This document shows, piece by piece, positions 1-9,810 of a stretch of DNA of 36,866 nt. Source of the DNA: a virus (lineage: Duplodnaviria; Heunggongvirae; Uroviricota; Caudoviricetes); IMG/VR virus record IMGVR_UViG_2724679138_000004; one strand, written 5' to 3'. Made by a program: the position numbers and the translations under genes. Under the pieces are notes generated by a model. It was not told the origin of the DNA. It made no database searches and saw nothing but the letters and a program-made list of their open reading frames with translations. How positions within the stretch are numbered: position 1 is the first letter of the stretch; every line of letters begins with the position of its first letter.

Positions 1-1362
1 ATGTTTAAACCGGAACTCCTTTCCCCGGCGGGAACGCTGAAAAATATGCGTTACGCTTTCGCTTATGGCGCAGATGCTGTTTATGCGGGCCAGCCGCGTT
101 ATTCCCTGCGTGTGCGCAACAACGAATTCAACCACGAAAATCTTCAGCTCGGCATCAATGAAGCCCACGCGCTGGGGAAAAAGTTTTATGTCGTGGTCAA
201 CATTGCACCGCACAACGCCAAGCTGAAAACCTTTATCCGTGACCTGAAACCGGTGGTGGAAATGGGGCCGGATGCGCTGATTATGTCCGATCCAGGGCTG
301 ATTATGCTGGTGCGTGAGCACTTCCCTGAAATGCCGATCCACCTTTCGGTGCAGGCTAACGCCGTGAACTGGGCGACGGTGAAATTCTGGCAGCAAATGG
401 GCCTGACCCGCGTGATCCTCTCTCGCGAGCTGTCGCTGGAAGAGATTGAAGAGATCCGCAATCAGGTGCCGGATATGGAGATCGAGATCTTCGTTCACGG
501 CGCGCTGTGCATGGCCTACTCCGGTCGCTGCCTGCTCTCTGGCTATATCAACAAGCGCGACCCGAACCAGGGCACCTGCACCAACGCCTGCCGCTGGGAG
601 TACAACGTCCAGGAAGGGAAAGAAGATGATGTTGGCAACATCGTACACAAGTACGAGCCGATTCCGGTGCAAAATGTTGAGCCGACGCTGGGTATCGGCG
701 CACCAACCGACAAAGTGTTTATGATCGAAGAGGCCCAGCGTCCGGGCGAGTATATGACCGCGTTTGAAGATGAGCACGGCACTTACATCATGAACTCGAA
801 AGATCTGCGCGCCATCGCCCATGTAGAACGCCTGACCAAAATGGGCGTGCATTCGCTGAAAATCGAAGGTCGTACCAAATCTTTCTACTATTGTGCACGC
901 ACCGCACAGGTTTACCGCAAAGCTATCGATGACGCCGCTGCGGGAAAACCGTTCGATACCAGCCTGCTGGAAACTCTGGAAGGTCTAGCGCATCGTGGCT
1001 ATACCGAAGGTTTCCTGCGTCGTCATACTCACGACGATTATCAGAACTACGAATACGGTTATTCAGTTTCTGACCGCCAGCAGTTTGTTGGTGAGTTTAC
1101 CGGTGAGCGCAAGGGGGACCTCGCGGCGGTAGCGGTGAAAAATAAATTCTCCGTTGGCGACAGCCTTGAGCTGATGACGCCGCAAGGCAACATTAATTTT
1201 ACCCTTGAGCACATGGAAAACGCCAAAGGCGAAGCTATGCCGATAGCACCAGGCGATGGTTATACTGTGTGGCTCCCGGTCCCGCAGGATCTTGAGCTCA
1301 ATTACGCGCTGCTGATGCGTAATTTCTCCGGGGAAACCACGCGTAATCCCCACGGTAAGTGA
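1..1362 (+). CDS. yegQ: U32-family peptidase-like protein YegQ (TrhP, tRNA hydroxylation protein)
   Basis: Full 453-aa ORF from ATG at position 1 to TGA at 1360-1362; sequence recognised as E. coli YegQ with the conserved Cys cluster (CMAYSGRC...CTNACRWEY). Confidence 0.9.
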   Translation: MFKPELLSPAGTLKNMRYAFAYGADAVYAGQPRYSLRVRNNEFNHENLQLGINEAHALGKKFYVVVNIAPHNAKLKTFIRDLKPVVEMGPDALIMSDPGLIMLVREHFPEMPIHLSVQANAVNWATVKFWQQMGLTRVILSRELSLEEIEEIRNQVPDMEIEIFVHGALCMAYSGRCLLSGYINKRDPNQGTCTNACRWEYNVQEGKEDDVGNIVHKYEPIPVQNVEPTLGIGAPTDKVFMIEEAQRPGEYMTAFEDEHGTYIMNSKDLRAIAHVERLTKMGVHSLKIEGRTKSFYYCARTAQVYRKAIDDAAAGKPFDTSLLETLEGLAHRGYTEGFLRRHTHDDYQNYEYGYSVSDRQQFVGEFTGERKGDLAAVAVKNKFSVGDSLELMTPQGNINFTLEHMENAKGEAMPIAPGDGYTVWLPVPQDLELNYALLMRNFSGETTRNPHGK

Positions 1363-1400
1363 TTAATTTCGATTATTTTTCCCGGATGGAAAATTCTTAG

Positions 1401-1446
1401 AAACCGATCACATACAGCTGCATTTATTAAGGTTATCATCCGTTTC
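1401..1446 (+). promoter_or_regulatory. Candidate cyaR promoter: -10 TATCAT at 1434-1439 with an upstream CRP-like half-site (TCACA) near 1408-1426
   Basis: -10-like hexamer sits 7 nt upstream of the sRNA 5' end; CyaR is known to be CRP-activated. Site assignment is by eye only. Confidence 0.4.
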
Positions 1447-1533
1447 GCTGAAAAACATAACCCATAAAATGCTAGCTGTACCAGGAACCACCTCCTTAGC
1501 CTGTGTAATCTCCCTTACACGGGCTTATTTTTT
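1447..1533 (+). ncRNA. cyaR: CyaR (RyeE) Hfq-dependent small RNA
   Basis: Matches the CyaR sequence from memory (GCTGAAAAACATAACCCATAAAATGCTAGCTGTACCAGGAACCACCTCCTTAGCC...); 3' terminator hairpin GCCTGTGTAA/TTACACGGGC followed by a T-run; lies directly downstream of yegQ as in E. coli. Confidence 0.85.
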
Positions 1534-1534
1534 A
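1507..1534. repeat. Prophage attachment core, left copy (AATCTCCCTTACACGGGCTTATTTTTTA), overlapping the cyaR terminator
   Basis: Identical 28-bp sequence recurs at 36364-36391, bracketing the whole prophage. Confidence 0.8.
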
Positions 1535-1597
1535 CGTACAACAAATTGAAATAAAAGGATTTATTTCTGGTCACGTCCACACATTGACCACATCGAC

Positions 1598-1622
1598 AAA
1601 AAAAGCCCCTCGACTGAGGGGC
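1598..1622 (-). terminator. Rho-independent terminator downstream of ogr
   Basis: GCCCCTC/GAGGGGC stem with GACT loop; on the minus strand it is followed by a run of 7 T. Confidence 0.6.
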
Positions 1623-1635
1623 TTCCTGTTTCTAA

Positions 1636-1854
1636 TTACATCCACATAATTTGCTGCCCTGACGGCAACGGGTGCGGCCTTACTGCGTGGACTTCTCCCG
1701 GCTTCACGATGTATCTCTGTACCGACTCATAAGTGATGAACGTGGCGCTGCAATTCACGTTCTGACACTGGTGATAACGCTCTTTTGTCGTGTCAGTGAT
1801 ATAGCGACTTGTACGCGCATGTGCGGCATGCTGGCATAAAGGACAATGAAACAT
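1636..1854 (-). CDS. ogr: Ogr late-gene transcriptional activator (zinc finger)
   Basis: 72-aa product starting MFHCPLCQHAAHARTSRYI with a C-x2-C...C-x4-C motif; the listed ORF extends upstream with no better start, ATG at 1852-1854 chosen to match P2 Ogr length. Confidence 0.9.
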   Translation of the reverse strand: MFHCPLCQHAAHARTSRYITDTTKERYHQCQNVNCSATFITYESVQRYIVKPGEVHAVRPHPLPSGQQIMWM

Positions 1855-1935
1855 CGCGAGCACCTCTTCCGGTTTTGTTGATGGTGCCATTTTAGTTAAA
1901 TTATCCTTATAAAACAAACAGATAAAATAAAAACA

Positions 1936-3099
1936 TCACTCATTATCTTCTGTTTCGTACTCCACATCAGAAAGCCTGACCTCAAGCTCCAGGGACGTCG
2001 TGAAGCCGCTATTATTCAGAAAATGTGTCACCTTAGTGATTGTCCAGTCCTGCTCGTCTATGACGCGCTTAAAGCCTGACACTTTGACCGGCGTTTCCGT
2101 GTAAATATCTGCCCGACCGGTAGCCATGCTGATGGAGAACTCCGCAACGCCCCGTTGCAGTTTATCCCACTTCGCCTGAGCGGCGCGCATGGCCTGCGCT
2201 TTCGTGGCATATACCGTGGTCAGGGCAAAAACATTGTCAGCCTCACCGGCCATGTATTCACCTTCGCGCGCTTCCGGCACTTTTGGCGCTTTCTTCTGCG
2301 TGACCGGTTTCGCTTTCGGGTGCTCCAGTGCGCGCAGGTGTTTCTCTTTCTTTTTGCGTTTCAGTTTTACCTTCTGCTTTTGTGGCTTCGGGTCTTTGGT
2401 GTGTAACCACTTTGCCGTTACGCCGGTGTAGGCTCCACGGTCAGCAATCGCAAAATGATGACGGTCGCCGTCGCTGCGGGTGATGGTAATCTGCGGGATT
2501 TTTTTACCGCTGGCCGTCACCCCCTGCCCCGCTTTGAGAAACAACAATTTTCCCATTTTTACCGACACCTCACCGCCGTTGCGTTCAGCAAGGCGGGTCA
2601 GGAATTTTGCATCAGACTCCTGCGACTGGTCGATGTGCGGGATTTTAATTCCGGCCAGTGACGGAGCGACACTGGCTTCCAGCCTGTTACGGGAGGCTAT
2701 CGCCTCAACAATCGCACCGAGCGTGGTGTCATGCCAGGAGCCTTCACGGCGGGAATTGAGCGTCCCGCGAAAATCTGCACTCCGGGCGCGGATGGTGACC
2801 ACATCCGGCGCGCCCCGGTGTTCAACCTCATCAACGGTAAATTTCCCTTTGCATACCAGGGCAAAACCTTTCCAGCCGATATACACCGTCAGGACAGCGC
2901 CACGAACCGGCAGCCCGACCTGCCCGTCGGCATCGTTCAGTTCAATATCAAGCTGGTCAGCCTCAAAGCCCCGGTTATCCGTCAGGGTCATACTCATCAG
3001 ACGGTCGCTGATATTGCCGGTAATATCCCTGCTGTCGAGCATCAGCATGTAATCCGGCATCAGCGTACTGCCTGCATCAAATGTCAGCGCATCCAGCAT
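1936..3099 (-). CDS. D: Tail protein D (late control gene D)
   Basis: 387 aa, same length and position as P2 gpD, immediately downstream of U. Confidence 0.9.
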   Translation of the reverse strand: MLDALTFDAGSTLMPDYMLMLDSRDITGNISDRLMSMTLTDNRGFEADQLDIELNDADGQVGLPVRGAVLTVYIGWKGFALVCKGKFTVDEVEHRGAPDVVTIRARSADFRGTLNSRREGSWHDTTLGAIVEAIASRNRLEASVAPSLAGIKIPHIDQSQESDAKFLTRLAERNGGEVSVKMGKLLFLKAGQGVTASGKKIPQITITRSDGDRHHFAIADRGAYTGVTAKWLHTKDPKPQKQKVKLKRKKKEKHLRALEHPKAKPVTQKKAPKVPEAREGEYMAGEADNVFALTTVYATKAQAMRAAQAKWDKLQRGVAEFSISMATGRADIYTETPVKVSGFKRVIDEQDWTITKVTHFLNNSGFTTSLELEVRLSDVEYETEDNE

Positions 3100-3578
3100 T
3101 ATCCCGCCCCCGTCATACCCGTGAATTTAGTCGCCATACTGCCAGCCTTACCAATGAGCGATTCCGCCTGTTTACCGATATCGCCATAAAGCGCGGCCAG
3201 TGACTCATCAACGCGGGTGAGCGACAGCGTAAAATCAATTTTTCGGGGTGTGCCGTCTGCAAAGAAAATACTCCCTGTTTCACTCACCTTGCTGATGACA
3301 TACATGCCGTAAATCATGCCGGTACCATCCAGCAACGGCCACGCCCGGCCTTCATCTGCCATCAGTCTGAGCGTGGTCATCGTCAGCTTGCCGCCGGTCA
3401 GTTCGGGATAAAGCACACCGGCAAGCGTCATGTTTTCCTCACCAACGCCGAGAAACTGGTAGGCATCCCGTTTACCGATACGGGAATTTGACGGCCAGCG
3501 ATAATCTGATTCACGCTGCATGGTCTGGTGTGGCAGCGTCTGGCGCATAAAAACAAACATACCTAACGCGAGCATCAT
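3099..3578 (-). CDS. U: Tail protein U
   Basis: 159 aa as in P2 gpU; overlaps the D start by 1 nt. Confidence 0.9.
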   Translation of the reverse strand: MMLALGMFVFMRQTLPHQTMQRESDYRWPSNSRIGKRDAYQFLGVGEENMTLAGVLYPELTGGKLTMTTLRLMADEGRAWPLLDGTGMIYGMYVISKVSETGSIFFADGTPRKIDFTLSLTRVDESLAALYGDIGKQAESLIGKAGSMATKFTGMTGAG

Positions 3579-3592
3579 TTTTCGTCACCTCC

Positions 3593-6040
3593 TTAACCGT
3601 CATGCATCATGCTGGCACGGGCGCGCGCACGTTTATCCCGCTCGTATTTTTCGAGCGCATCCTGTAACTGGCGGTCAAGCTGTGTCCCCGGTGCAGTACC
3701 ACCCGTCAGGCTGATGTGATATTCGTTTTTACTCTGGTCCACATAAGAGCGGCCAGCCGGTGCCGTGACCGGCTGATAAGCCTGATAGCCTGCATAAGAG
3801 CTGGTCGCCGGAATATAACCACCGCTGCAATACGTGGCGGCTTGAGTTCTGGCGGCGGTCTGGTCAAGTGTGTCTGACTCTTTGTTGATAACACCGAGTT
3901 TTTCCAGTACCCAGTCAATTCCGCTGCGCAGTTTGTTGAACGCATTAAGCGGCAGCATCAGCGCGTCAGCCAGTGCCTGCCCGAACATGACGCCCGTGTC
4001 ACGGCAACGGTTCAGGGTGTCCTGAGTGGCTTTGACCGGGGCAATCAGGTTTTTAAACCACTGCCACGCGGCCTGTAACTTTTCACCCAGCCAGTCAAAC
4101 ACCGGCTTAAGTGGCGTGAACAGTTCCCCCACCGGCGCAAATGCCACTTTCAGCCCTTCCACCACACCGCCAAAGAATGCGCTGACAGGCTCCCAGTATT
4201 TACGGATAAGCAACGCTCCGGCGACAATGGCGGCCACCACGGCCACAACCGGCCAGCTAATCGCCCCGATGGCCGTCATAACGGCACTGCCAACCGTCGT
4301 GAAGATTGCCCCCATTGCGCCTGCTGCCGCTATGATGGCATTGATGCCGGTGATAACCGGCCAGGCTACAAGACCAATGGCACCGATGATGCCAGTAAGC
4401 GCCAGTGCGCCACCGGCAATGATGCCGATGGTTGACGCCAGTGATTTGTTTTTCTGTATCCAGCCGTCGAGTTTTAACACATACTTTGTGGCCGTCTGCG
4501 TGAGCTTACGCAGCGCGCCTTCCTGCTGGTCAAACAGGTCAGTCCCCACCGCCTCATAAGCGGACTGAAACTCCTTAAAGTCACCGCCGAGGTTATCCTG
4601 CATGATTTTAACCAGCTCTTCCGTTTTACCGTCCGAGGCTTTCAGCGTGGCGGTCAGCGTATCCAGTTTTCCGCTTGCTGCCGCTGCCAGTAAAACGTTC
4701 GCTGATTTCAGGGCTTCCTCACCAAAAATGGTTTTAAGGTATTCCCCCTTCTGAGACGTTCCCAGCTTGTGTTTATCAAAGCTGGCCTGAATCTCTTTCA
4801 GAATGGTGAACAACGGACGCATATTTCCCTTTTTGTCCGAGGTTTTAACGCCAAGCTCTTTGAGTGCATCCCATGCTTTTCCAGTCGGTGCCTGTAATCG
4901 GGTGACAACGGCACTGCTACCCGTACCCGCCATTGACCCCCTGATGTTATTGTCATGCAGCACACCTGTCATGGCCGCTGCCTGTTCAAGACTTACACCT
5001 GCCGTCCTCGCAACCGGCCCGAGGTAAGTCAGTGCATCACTGAGTCCCTGAAAATCAGCCGCCGACTTATTCATCGTTGCCGACAACACGTCGCCCACAT
5101 GGCTGACATCATCATTTGACAGTTGAAAGGATGCCTTAGTCCCCAGCAACAGTTGCGCGTTTTCTTCCATCGACCGCTGATTCGCCAGTGCCATATTCAG
5201 CGTGACCGGCGTTGCCGCCTGAATGGCATCAACATCCCCACCGGCTTTCGCAATAATAATCTGCGCACCGGCTGCATCATCTGCCGAGGCTGCGGTATTG
5301 TCGCCGAGCTGACGCGCCTGCTTGCGTAGTGCAGCCATTTCGGCGGAGTCTTTTGCCACACCGAGCACGGCCTGCAATTCTGAGTTTTTCTGCGCAAACT
5401 CATAACCTGGCATCAGCAGCTTAACACCGGCCATCGTTCCCGCCGCCGCAATCCCCACACCGGCAGCGCCCACTGAGGCCATATTTCCGGCCAGTTCCTT
5501 TCCGGCCTGATAACGCTGTTTGACTGCGTTAAGTTTTGCCTGTTGCGCACTGACACGCGCCAGCGCATCACGCTGACGGTTAAGCTGTGCGGTGGTTTCA
5601 CTGATACGGTTTTTCAGTCCCTGCTCATCATGTGCAAGATTGCGGGTATTAATTCCCACAACGGCCAGTTCCCGCTGCTGGCGTTTAACGGAATCCGTCA
5701 GGCGGTTATATTTCGCCTGTAAGTCCTCCGCCGCACGCTTTGCGGATTCCAGCACTTTCGCCTGAGCACGGGTCGGTCGTTCGGTATTTTTAAACTGTGT
5801 GGCAAGGGCTTCGGCTTCCTGCCGAGCCTTTTCAAGTGCATGACCAGTCACGGCGAGCTGTGCACTGGTCTTGCGAAATCCCTCAATACGGGATGCCTGA
5901 CCGTTCAGCTCGCGCAGTGATTTTTGTGTTTCCCGGATATCCCCCGACAGCGATTTGCTCGCTGTGCGGATGGATTTAAACGGGCGGGATGCCTGGTCAA
6001 CAGCCCTGAGCAATACCTGTAATTTTACATTGTTACTCAT
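3593..6040 (-). CDS. T: Tail tape measure protein T
   Basis: 815 aa, coiled-coil N-terminus, Gly/Ala-rich hydrophobic central segment; P2 gpT length and position. Confidence 0.92.
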   Translation of the reverse strand: MSNNVKLQVLLRAVDQASRPFKSIRTASKSLSGDIRETQKSLRELNGQASRIEGFRKTSAQLAVTGHALEKARQEAEALATQFKNTERPTRAQAKVLESAKRAAEDLQAKYNRLTDSVKRQQRELAVVGINTRNLAHDEQGLKNRISETTAQLNRQRDALARVSAQQAKLNAVKQRYQAGKELAGNMASVGAAGVGIAAAGTMAGVKLLMPGYEFAQKNSELQAVLGVAKDSAEMAALRKQARQLGDNTAASADDAAGAQIIIAKAGGDVDAIQAATPVTLNMALANQRSMEENAQLLLGTKASFQLSNDDVSHVGDVLSATMNKSAADFQGLSDALTYLGPVARTAGVSLEQAAAMTGVLHDNNIRGSMAGTGSSAVVTRLQAPTGKAWDALKELGVKTSDKKGNMRPLFTILKEIQASFDKHKLGTSQKGEYLKTIFGEEALKSANVLLAAAASGKLDTLTATLKASDGKTEELVKIMQDNLGGDFKEFQSAYEAVGTDLFDQQEGALRKLTQTATKYVLKLDGWIQKNKSLASTIGIIAGGALALTGIIGAIGLVAWPVITGINAIIAAAGAMGAIFTTVGSAVMTAIGAISWPVVAVVAAIVAGALLIRKYWEPVSAFFGGVVEGLKVAFAPVGELFTPLKPVFDWLGEKLQAAWQWFKNLIAPVKATQDTLNRCRDTGVMFGQALADALMLPLNAFNKLRSGIDWVLEKLGVINKESDTLDQTAARTQAATYCSGGYIPATSSYAGYQAYQPVTAPAGRSYVDQSKNEYHISLTGGTAPGTQLDRQLQDALEKYERDKRARARASMMHDG

Positions 6041-6460
6041 TCGTGTTTCCGCTTCGCCGGAGCGCCTTTTCGCGCCATGTGATGAGTTCGGTCAGGCTCA
6101 TGGGATACAGTTCTGATGGCGGCCAGTGAAATACAACTGCCACATCCGCCATCAGGTCATCGACCGAGAGATTTTTCGGAAACGTCACTGCACCGAGTTC
6201 GGCGACAAAAAACCGACCACCTTACCGGCCAGCGCCACAAGGTCAGGCAGTTCCAGCGCGGCGACTTCCTGCTCGGTCAGCATCGGTGCCGTCATGCGCG
6301 GCAGCACCTTAATCAGTGCATCGACTTCGGAGTTCGCGACCGCTGCCAGACTGACACCGCGCAGCGTCCCGGCATTGGGTTTCATCAGCGTGACCTGTTC
6401 GATAACCTGCTCACCACGTTTGACCGGATTGTCCAGGGTAATGACATTTTCTTTGTTCAT
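6033..6460 (-). CDS. E': Tail assembly chaperone E+E' made by programmed -1 frameshift at T TTT TTG (plus-strand 6207-6213)
   Basis: After a -1 slip the frame stays open for about 58 further codons (...DLMADVAVVFHWPPSELYPMSLTELITWREKALRRSGNTNE) to TAA at 6033-6035, overlapping the T start; total about 142 aa as for P2 E+E'. Confidence 0.8.
6185..6460 (-). CDS. E: Tail assembly chaperone E
   Basis: 91 aa as in P2 gpE; ends just after the slippery site GGT TTT TTG. Confidence 0.9.
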   Translation of the reverse strand: MNKENVITLDNPVKRGEQVIEQVTLMKPNAGTLRGVSLAAVANSEVDALIKVLPRMTAPMLTEQEVAALELPDLVALAGKVVGFLSPNSVQ

Positions 6461-6516
6461 GGTTTTCTCACTTCTGAATCGGGGTTAACCGGTCAGCCAG
6501 GCTGACCGGATGAAAA

Positions 6517-7035
6517 TCACAGGCCGATATTGCGGCGGTGTTGCTCCAGCCGGTCGACGCCGTTCACCTTCTCAATCATGTTGATGGTGTCAATTTCGAC
6601 CAGCTCCTTACCATCCATCGTCAGCCGGAAATAGGTGCAGACCACGGAGATTTTCGACTCGGTATCTTCTCCCTGTTTCCCCTCGCCGGTGTCGATTTCT
6701 TTCTGACGTCCACGCATGACCACTTCGACGGCCACCGTTTCGCCAGTATCGTCACGCTGGTAAGAGCCAGCAAAACGAATCGGCACGGCATCCACACCGG
6801 TTGCGGCGTAAAGCTCCCAGATAACCGAATCCGGGAAGCCCCCGAGCGACCACTCCATTGACAGCGCATCGTCATCAAGGCCGAGGTCTACCGGTGCGCT
6901 GCCATTCATCCCCGCACCGCGATAGTTTTCGAGCTTACGGGTCAGTTTTGGCAGCGTGACGGACTTTGCAACGCCCTGATAGCTGTAGCCGTTCAGAAAG
7001 ACGTTCATTAACTTGAGTTTGCGCGGCATTGCCAT
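6517..7035 (-). CDS. FII: Tail tube protein FII
   Basis: 172 aa; P2 gpFII length and position. Confidence 0.92.
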   Translation of the reverse strand: MAMPRKLKLMNVFLNGYSYQGVAKSVTLPKLTRKLENYRGAGMNGSAPVDLGLDDDALSMEWSLGGFPDSVIWELYAATGVDAVPIRFAGSYQRDDTGETVAVEVVMRGRQKEIDTGEGKQGEDTESKISVVCTYFRLTMDGKELVEIDTINMIEKVNGVDRLEQHRRNIGL

Positions 7036-7047
7036 CGGTCAGGCTCC

Positions 7048-8226
7048 TTAATTGCTGTTAACCGAAGTGACCAGATTTGCCAGGTATTTATCGGTAATAC
7101 GCTGGCGCAGGGTCAGGTTTTCGAGAGGAGGCACCGGGGTATAGTCATAGTCGATATACAGTTTTCCGGCCTTGAGGGTTTCCGCATCGTTGGATTCTTC
7201 GCTGAACCAGCAGGTCGCATCCACGATATAGCCGTTTGTTTTCAGCTCACGGAATTTGGCATTGATGCCGTCAACGATGTCGCGAATCAGCGTTGCGGTG
7301 ATGGGCTTGTCCACCGCCCACATGTGCGCCTCAGCCATCGTGTCGGCCAGCACCTGCGCGGTGCGGGTGTAGTTTTCAAAGAGGAACAGCGGGTCATCAG
7401 AGCAGGTACGGTTACCCCAGAATCGGAAACCGTCGCGGCGAATCAGCGTAGTGACACCTGCCTCGTTCAGCAGGTCAGCATCGGTGCCGGACTCCTGCAA
7501 ATCCCAGAATACAGATGCGCTGATGCCGGTAACACCGTTCACCCCGACGTTGGACAGCGTTTTATGCCAGCCCTGATCCTGGTCGATTTTAGCACGCAGA
7601 CCCAGCGCACGGGCGGTGGCGGTGGTACTGGTGACCGTATCCCATGCGAGGAAATCCGGCCAGATGACCATCAGCTCACGCTGGCTGAAATTCTGGCGGT
7701 AGGCTTTCACCTCGGAAATGGTTTTACAGCCCCATGCGCTGATATACCCGAAAGCGCGCAGCTTCTGACAGACTGATGCCAGTGCAACAGCCACCTCTTT
7801 GGTGTCCAGTCCCGGCACACCGAGAATACGCGGTTTAACACCGGTTACCGACTCTGCCGCCAGCAGGGCTTTCAGTCCGGTGTACTGACCGTTTTCGTCG
7901 GTGGTGCCGATGATATTGGAAACGGTCTGCGCAAGTTTCGTTTCTTCGTCTTCGCCGGTGCCGTCTTCCACACGTACAACAACGGTGACCGGTTTTGACT
8001 GGTCAGCGATGGCCTGCAACGACGCCGCCAGCGTGCCTTTTTTACCGGCCTTTGCAATTGCGCTCTGCACATTGGTAATCAGCACCGGTTTATTGAGGGG
8101 AAAGGTTTCCGCATCCGCATCGCTGGCCGTGCAGACCATGCCGACAATGGCAGTGGATACGGTGGAAATGACGCGGGTGCCGTCGTTAATCTCCAGCACC
8201 TGCACGCCGTGATGATAGTCACTCAT
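7048..8226 (-). CDS. FI: Contractile tail sheath protein FI
   Basis: 392 aa; P2 gpFI-like sequence and position upstream of FII. Confidence 0.92.
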   Translation of the reverse strand: MSDYHHGVQVLEINDGTRVISTVSTAIVGMVCTASDADAETFPLNKPVLITNVQSAIAKAGKKGTLAASLQAIADQSKPVTVVVRVEDGTGEDEETKLAQTVSNIIGTTDENGQYTGLKALLAAESVTGVKPRILGVPGLDTKEVAVALASVCQKLRAFGYISAWGCKTISEVKAYRQNFSQRELMVIWPDFLAWDTVTSTTATARALGLRAKIDQDQGWHKTLSNVGVNGVTGISASVFWDLQESGTDADLLNEAGVTTLIRRDGFRFWGNRTCSDDPLFLFENYTRTAQVLADTMAEAHMWAVDKPITATLIRDIVDGINAKFRELKTNGYIVDATCWFSEESNDAETLKAGKLYIDYDYTPVPPLENLTLRQRITDKYLANLVTSVNSN

Positions 8227-8322
8227 CCGTTTAACTCCGTGGTTAATGGGTGCAACTATTTTCTGTTGTGCAGAGCATGAGACGCTATTTGACCTGGCTG
8301 GTCAGGGGATGAAACAACAGAT

Positions 8323-8349
8323 AAAGAAAAGGCGGGCAATTCACCCGCC
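8323..8349 (-). terminator. Rho-independent terminator (minus strand) between the cargo module and FI
   Basis: GGCGGG/CCCGCC stem with 7-nt loop; on the minus strand followed by TTTTCTTT. Confidence 0.5.
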
Positions 8350-8751
8350 AGTCGTGATTTGTACTCACTCATTTTCCGACTGACAATTTACTTAGCCCAA
8401 AAGCTATCAAATCTGACAGTCTGCTTTGAGCGATGAGCGGACGTTAATTTGGGGTTGTACGCCAGAACCGCAGAAATTTCCGTGACGCATAATGTTTGCG
8501 GTTGTCTGCCTGTACGTAAGACCGCCGTCAACCGGACAGTAAAGAAATGGCCGTTTGGAACGAAAAATCACTGACCGCAGCGTCTCACATAGCTGGTACG
8601 GATAAATTCTCACTCACGGCACCATAAACGTACACGTCAGCACATGCCAAACATGCTTCAAAATTCGACTAATTCACTGCGCCAGAAATTTCTGGCGGTT
8701 CCGGTACAGCCCCCCTATATTATGCGAATTGTTAATTAACACTGATCAGCA

Positions 8752-9810
8752 TTATTTTTCCTGTGTATCATCATTCAAATCCGGTGCAGTCCGAAGTACA
8801 TTCGTGAAGTTAAGAAGCATTTTTTTTGTGCCAAAAGTGAACATCTCAGAGATTTCAGATGAAATGCTATCCCAAATAAAAATGATATGCCTCAAATACT
8901 CAACAACTCCAGGCCGGTTCAATGTACCTTCGATAAGATAATGTTCAGGAATACCCTCCATTATTCCAGTCTTTCTTATCCAGAAAAGTCCAACCCTGTT
9001 GGCCGATTCACCACCTGCAAGCACATAACTACGACGTTGATCTGTGTTTGGAATAGAAAGTATTTCAAAAATTAAAGGCACGATCATTTCAAGCCTTACG
9101 AATGGCCTAGGATGTGTACCAACTGGTTCTGTTTGAACCTCATAAAGTTTTTCGCCTTGAAAACGATGTAACATTAATGATATACCACATGTCAAAAAGC
9201 AAATTGCCAATTCGCAATCTTCATTAATGGCAAGTTGTCGAACAATTTCTATTACACACATGTATGTGGAAAAATAATCGGCTGCAAGTTCCGTTGCGTG
9301 CCAAATGGCAGATGCATCGTCATTGTCTGATGATAAATTATTTAAGTGAATTTCAGACATTACATTAATTTCGGAACTATACCTGTTCCTTATAAATAAA
9401 TGGCCCTGAGTTAAGTGTCCTAACTCATGAAAAAAAACCCATGTCAAACCTGCTAGAAAAATGTTTTTAGTGAAATTAGTTTTATCCCACTCATTTCTTA
9501 AAGTGGTAAAGTTGGTTTGCCCATTAAACCACATATCATAAACTTCATCATCTTTACCAGAGTGAACATAATCTACAAAAGCAGCAGCATCATCATATAA
9601 TGATCGGATTAATTTATATGTGATTGATATAGCATGCCTTGGTGGTTCATCACGCTCTGAGTAAACTAAAGCTCTAGCGTTCACAATATCTGTAGTTTCA
9701 AATTGTAAAGCGAGACTGCCATTAATTTCTTTATAGTAATGTTCATTCAAATCTTCTGTAATAGAAGACAAAACACTTGTAGCCCAGTTGTATAGCGCGA
9801 TACTTTCCAT
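8752..9810 (-). CDS. Hypothetical protein with zincin-like HExxH motif (FFHELGHLTQGH); candidate defence cargo in the FI-G (Z/fun) hotspot
   Basis: 352-aa ORF, visibly AT-rich relative to flanking tail genes; HELGH encoded at 9415-9429; acidic residues downstream (HATELAAD) could supply the third zinc ligand. No family assignment possible without search. Confidence 0.75.
   Translation of the reverse strand: MESIALYNWATSVLSSITEDLNEHYYKEINGSLALQFETTDIVNARALVYSERDEPPRHAISITYKLIRSLYDDAAAFVDYVHSGKDDEVYDMWFNGQTNFTTLRNEWDKTNFTKNIFLAGLTWVFFHELGHLTQGHLFIRNRYSSEINVMSEIHLNNLSSDNDDASAIWHATELAADYFSTYMCVIEIVRQLAINEDCELAICFLTCGISLMLHRFQGEKLYEVQTEPVGTHPRPFVRLEMIVPLIFEILSIPNTDQRRSYVLAGGESANRVGLFWIRKTGIMEGIPEHYLIEGTLNRPGVVEYLRHIIFIWDSISSEISEMFTFGTKKMLLNFTNVLRTAPDLNDDTQEK

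Noticed and set aside
2155-5979. Numerous 60-190 aa ORFs antisense or out of frame within D, U and T (e.g. 2480-3052, 2731-3189, 4026-4559)
   Set aside because: Fully embedded in long, well-supported structural genes; typical shadow ORFs of GC-rich coding sequence.
8407-8613. 68-aa minus-strand ORF in the non-coding stretch downstream of the HExxH gene
   Set aside because: No RBS, odd composition, overlaps the direct-repeat element; more likely non-coding.
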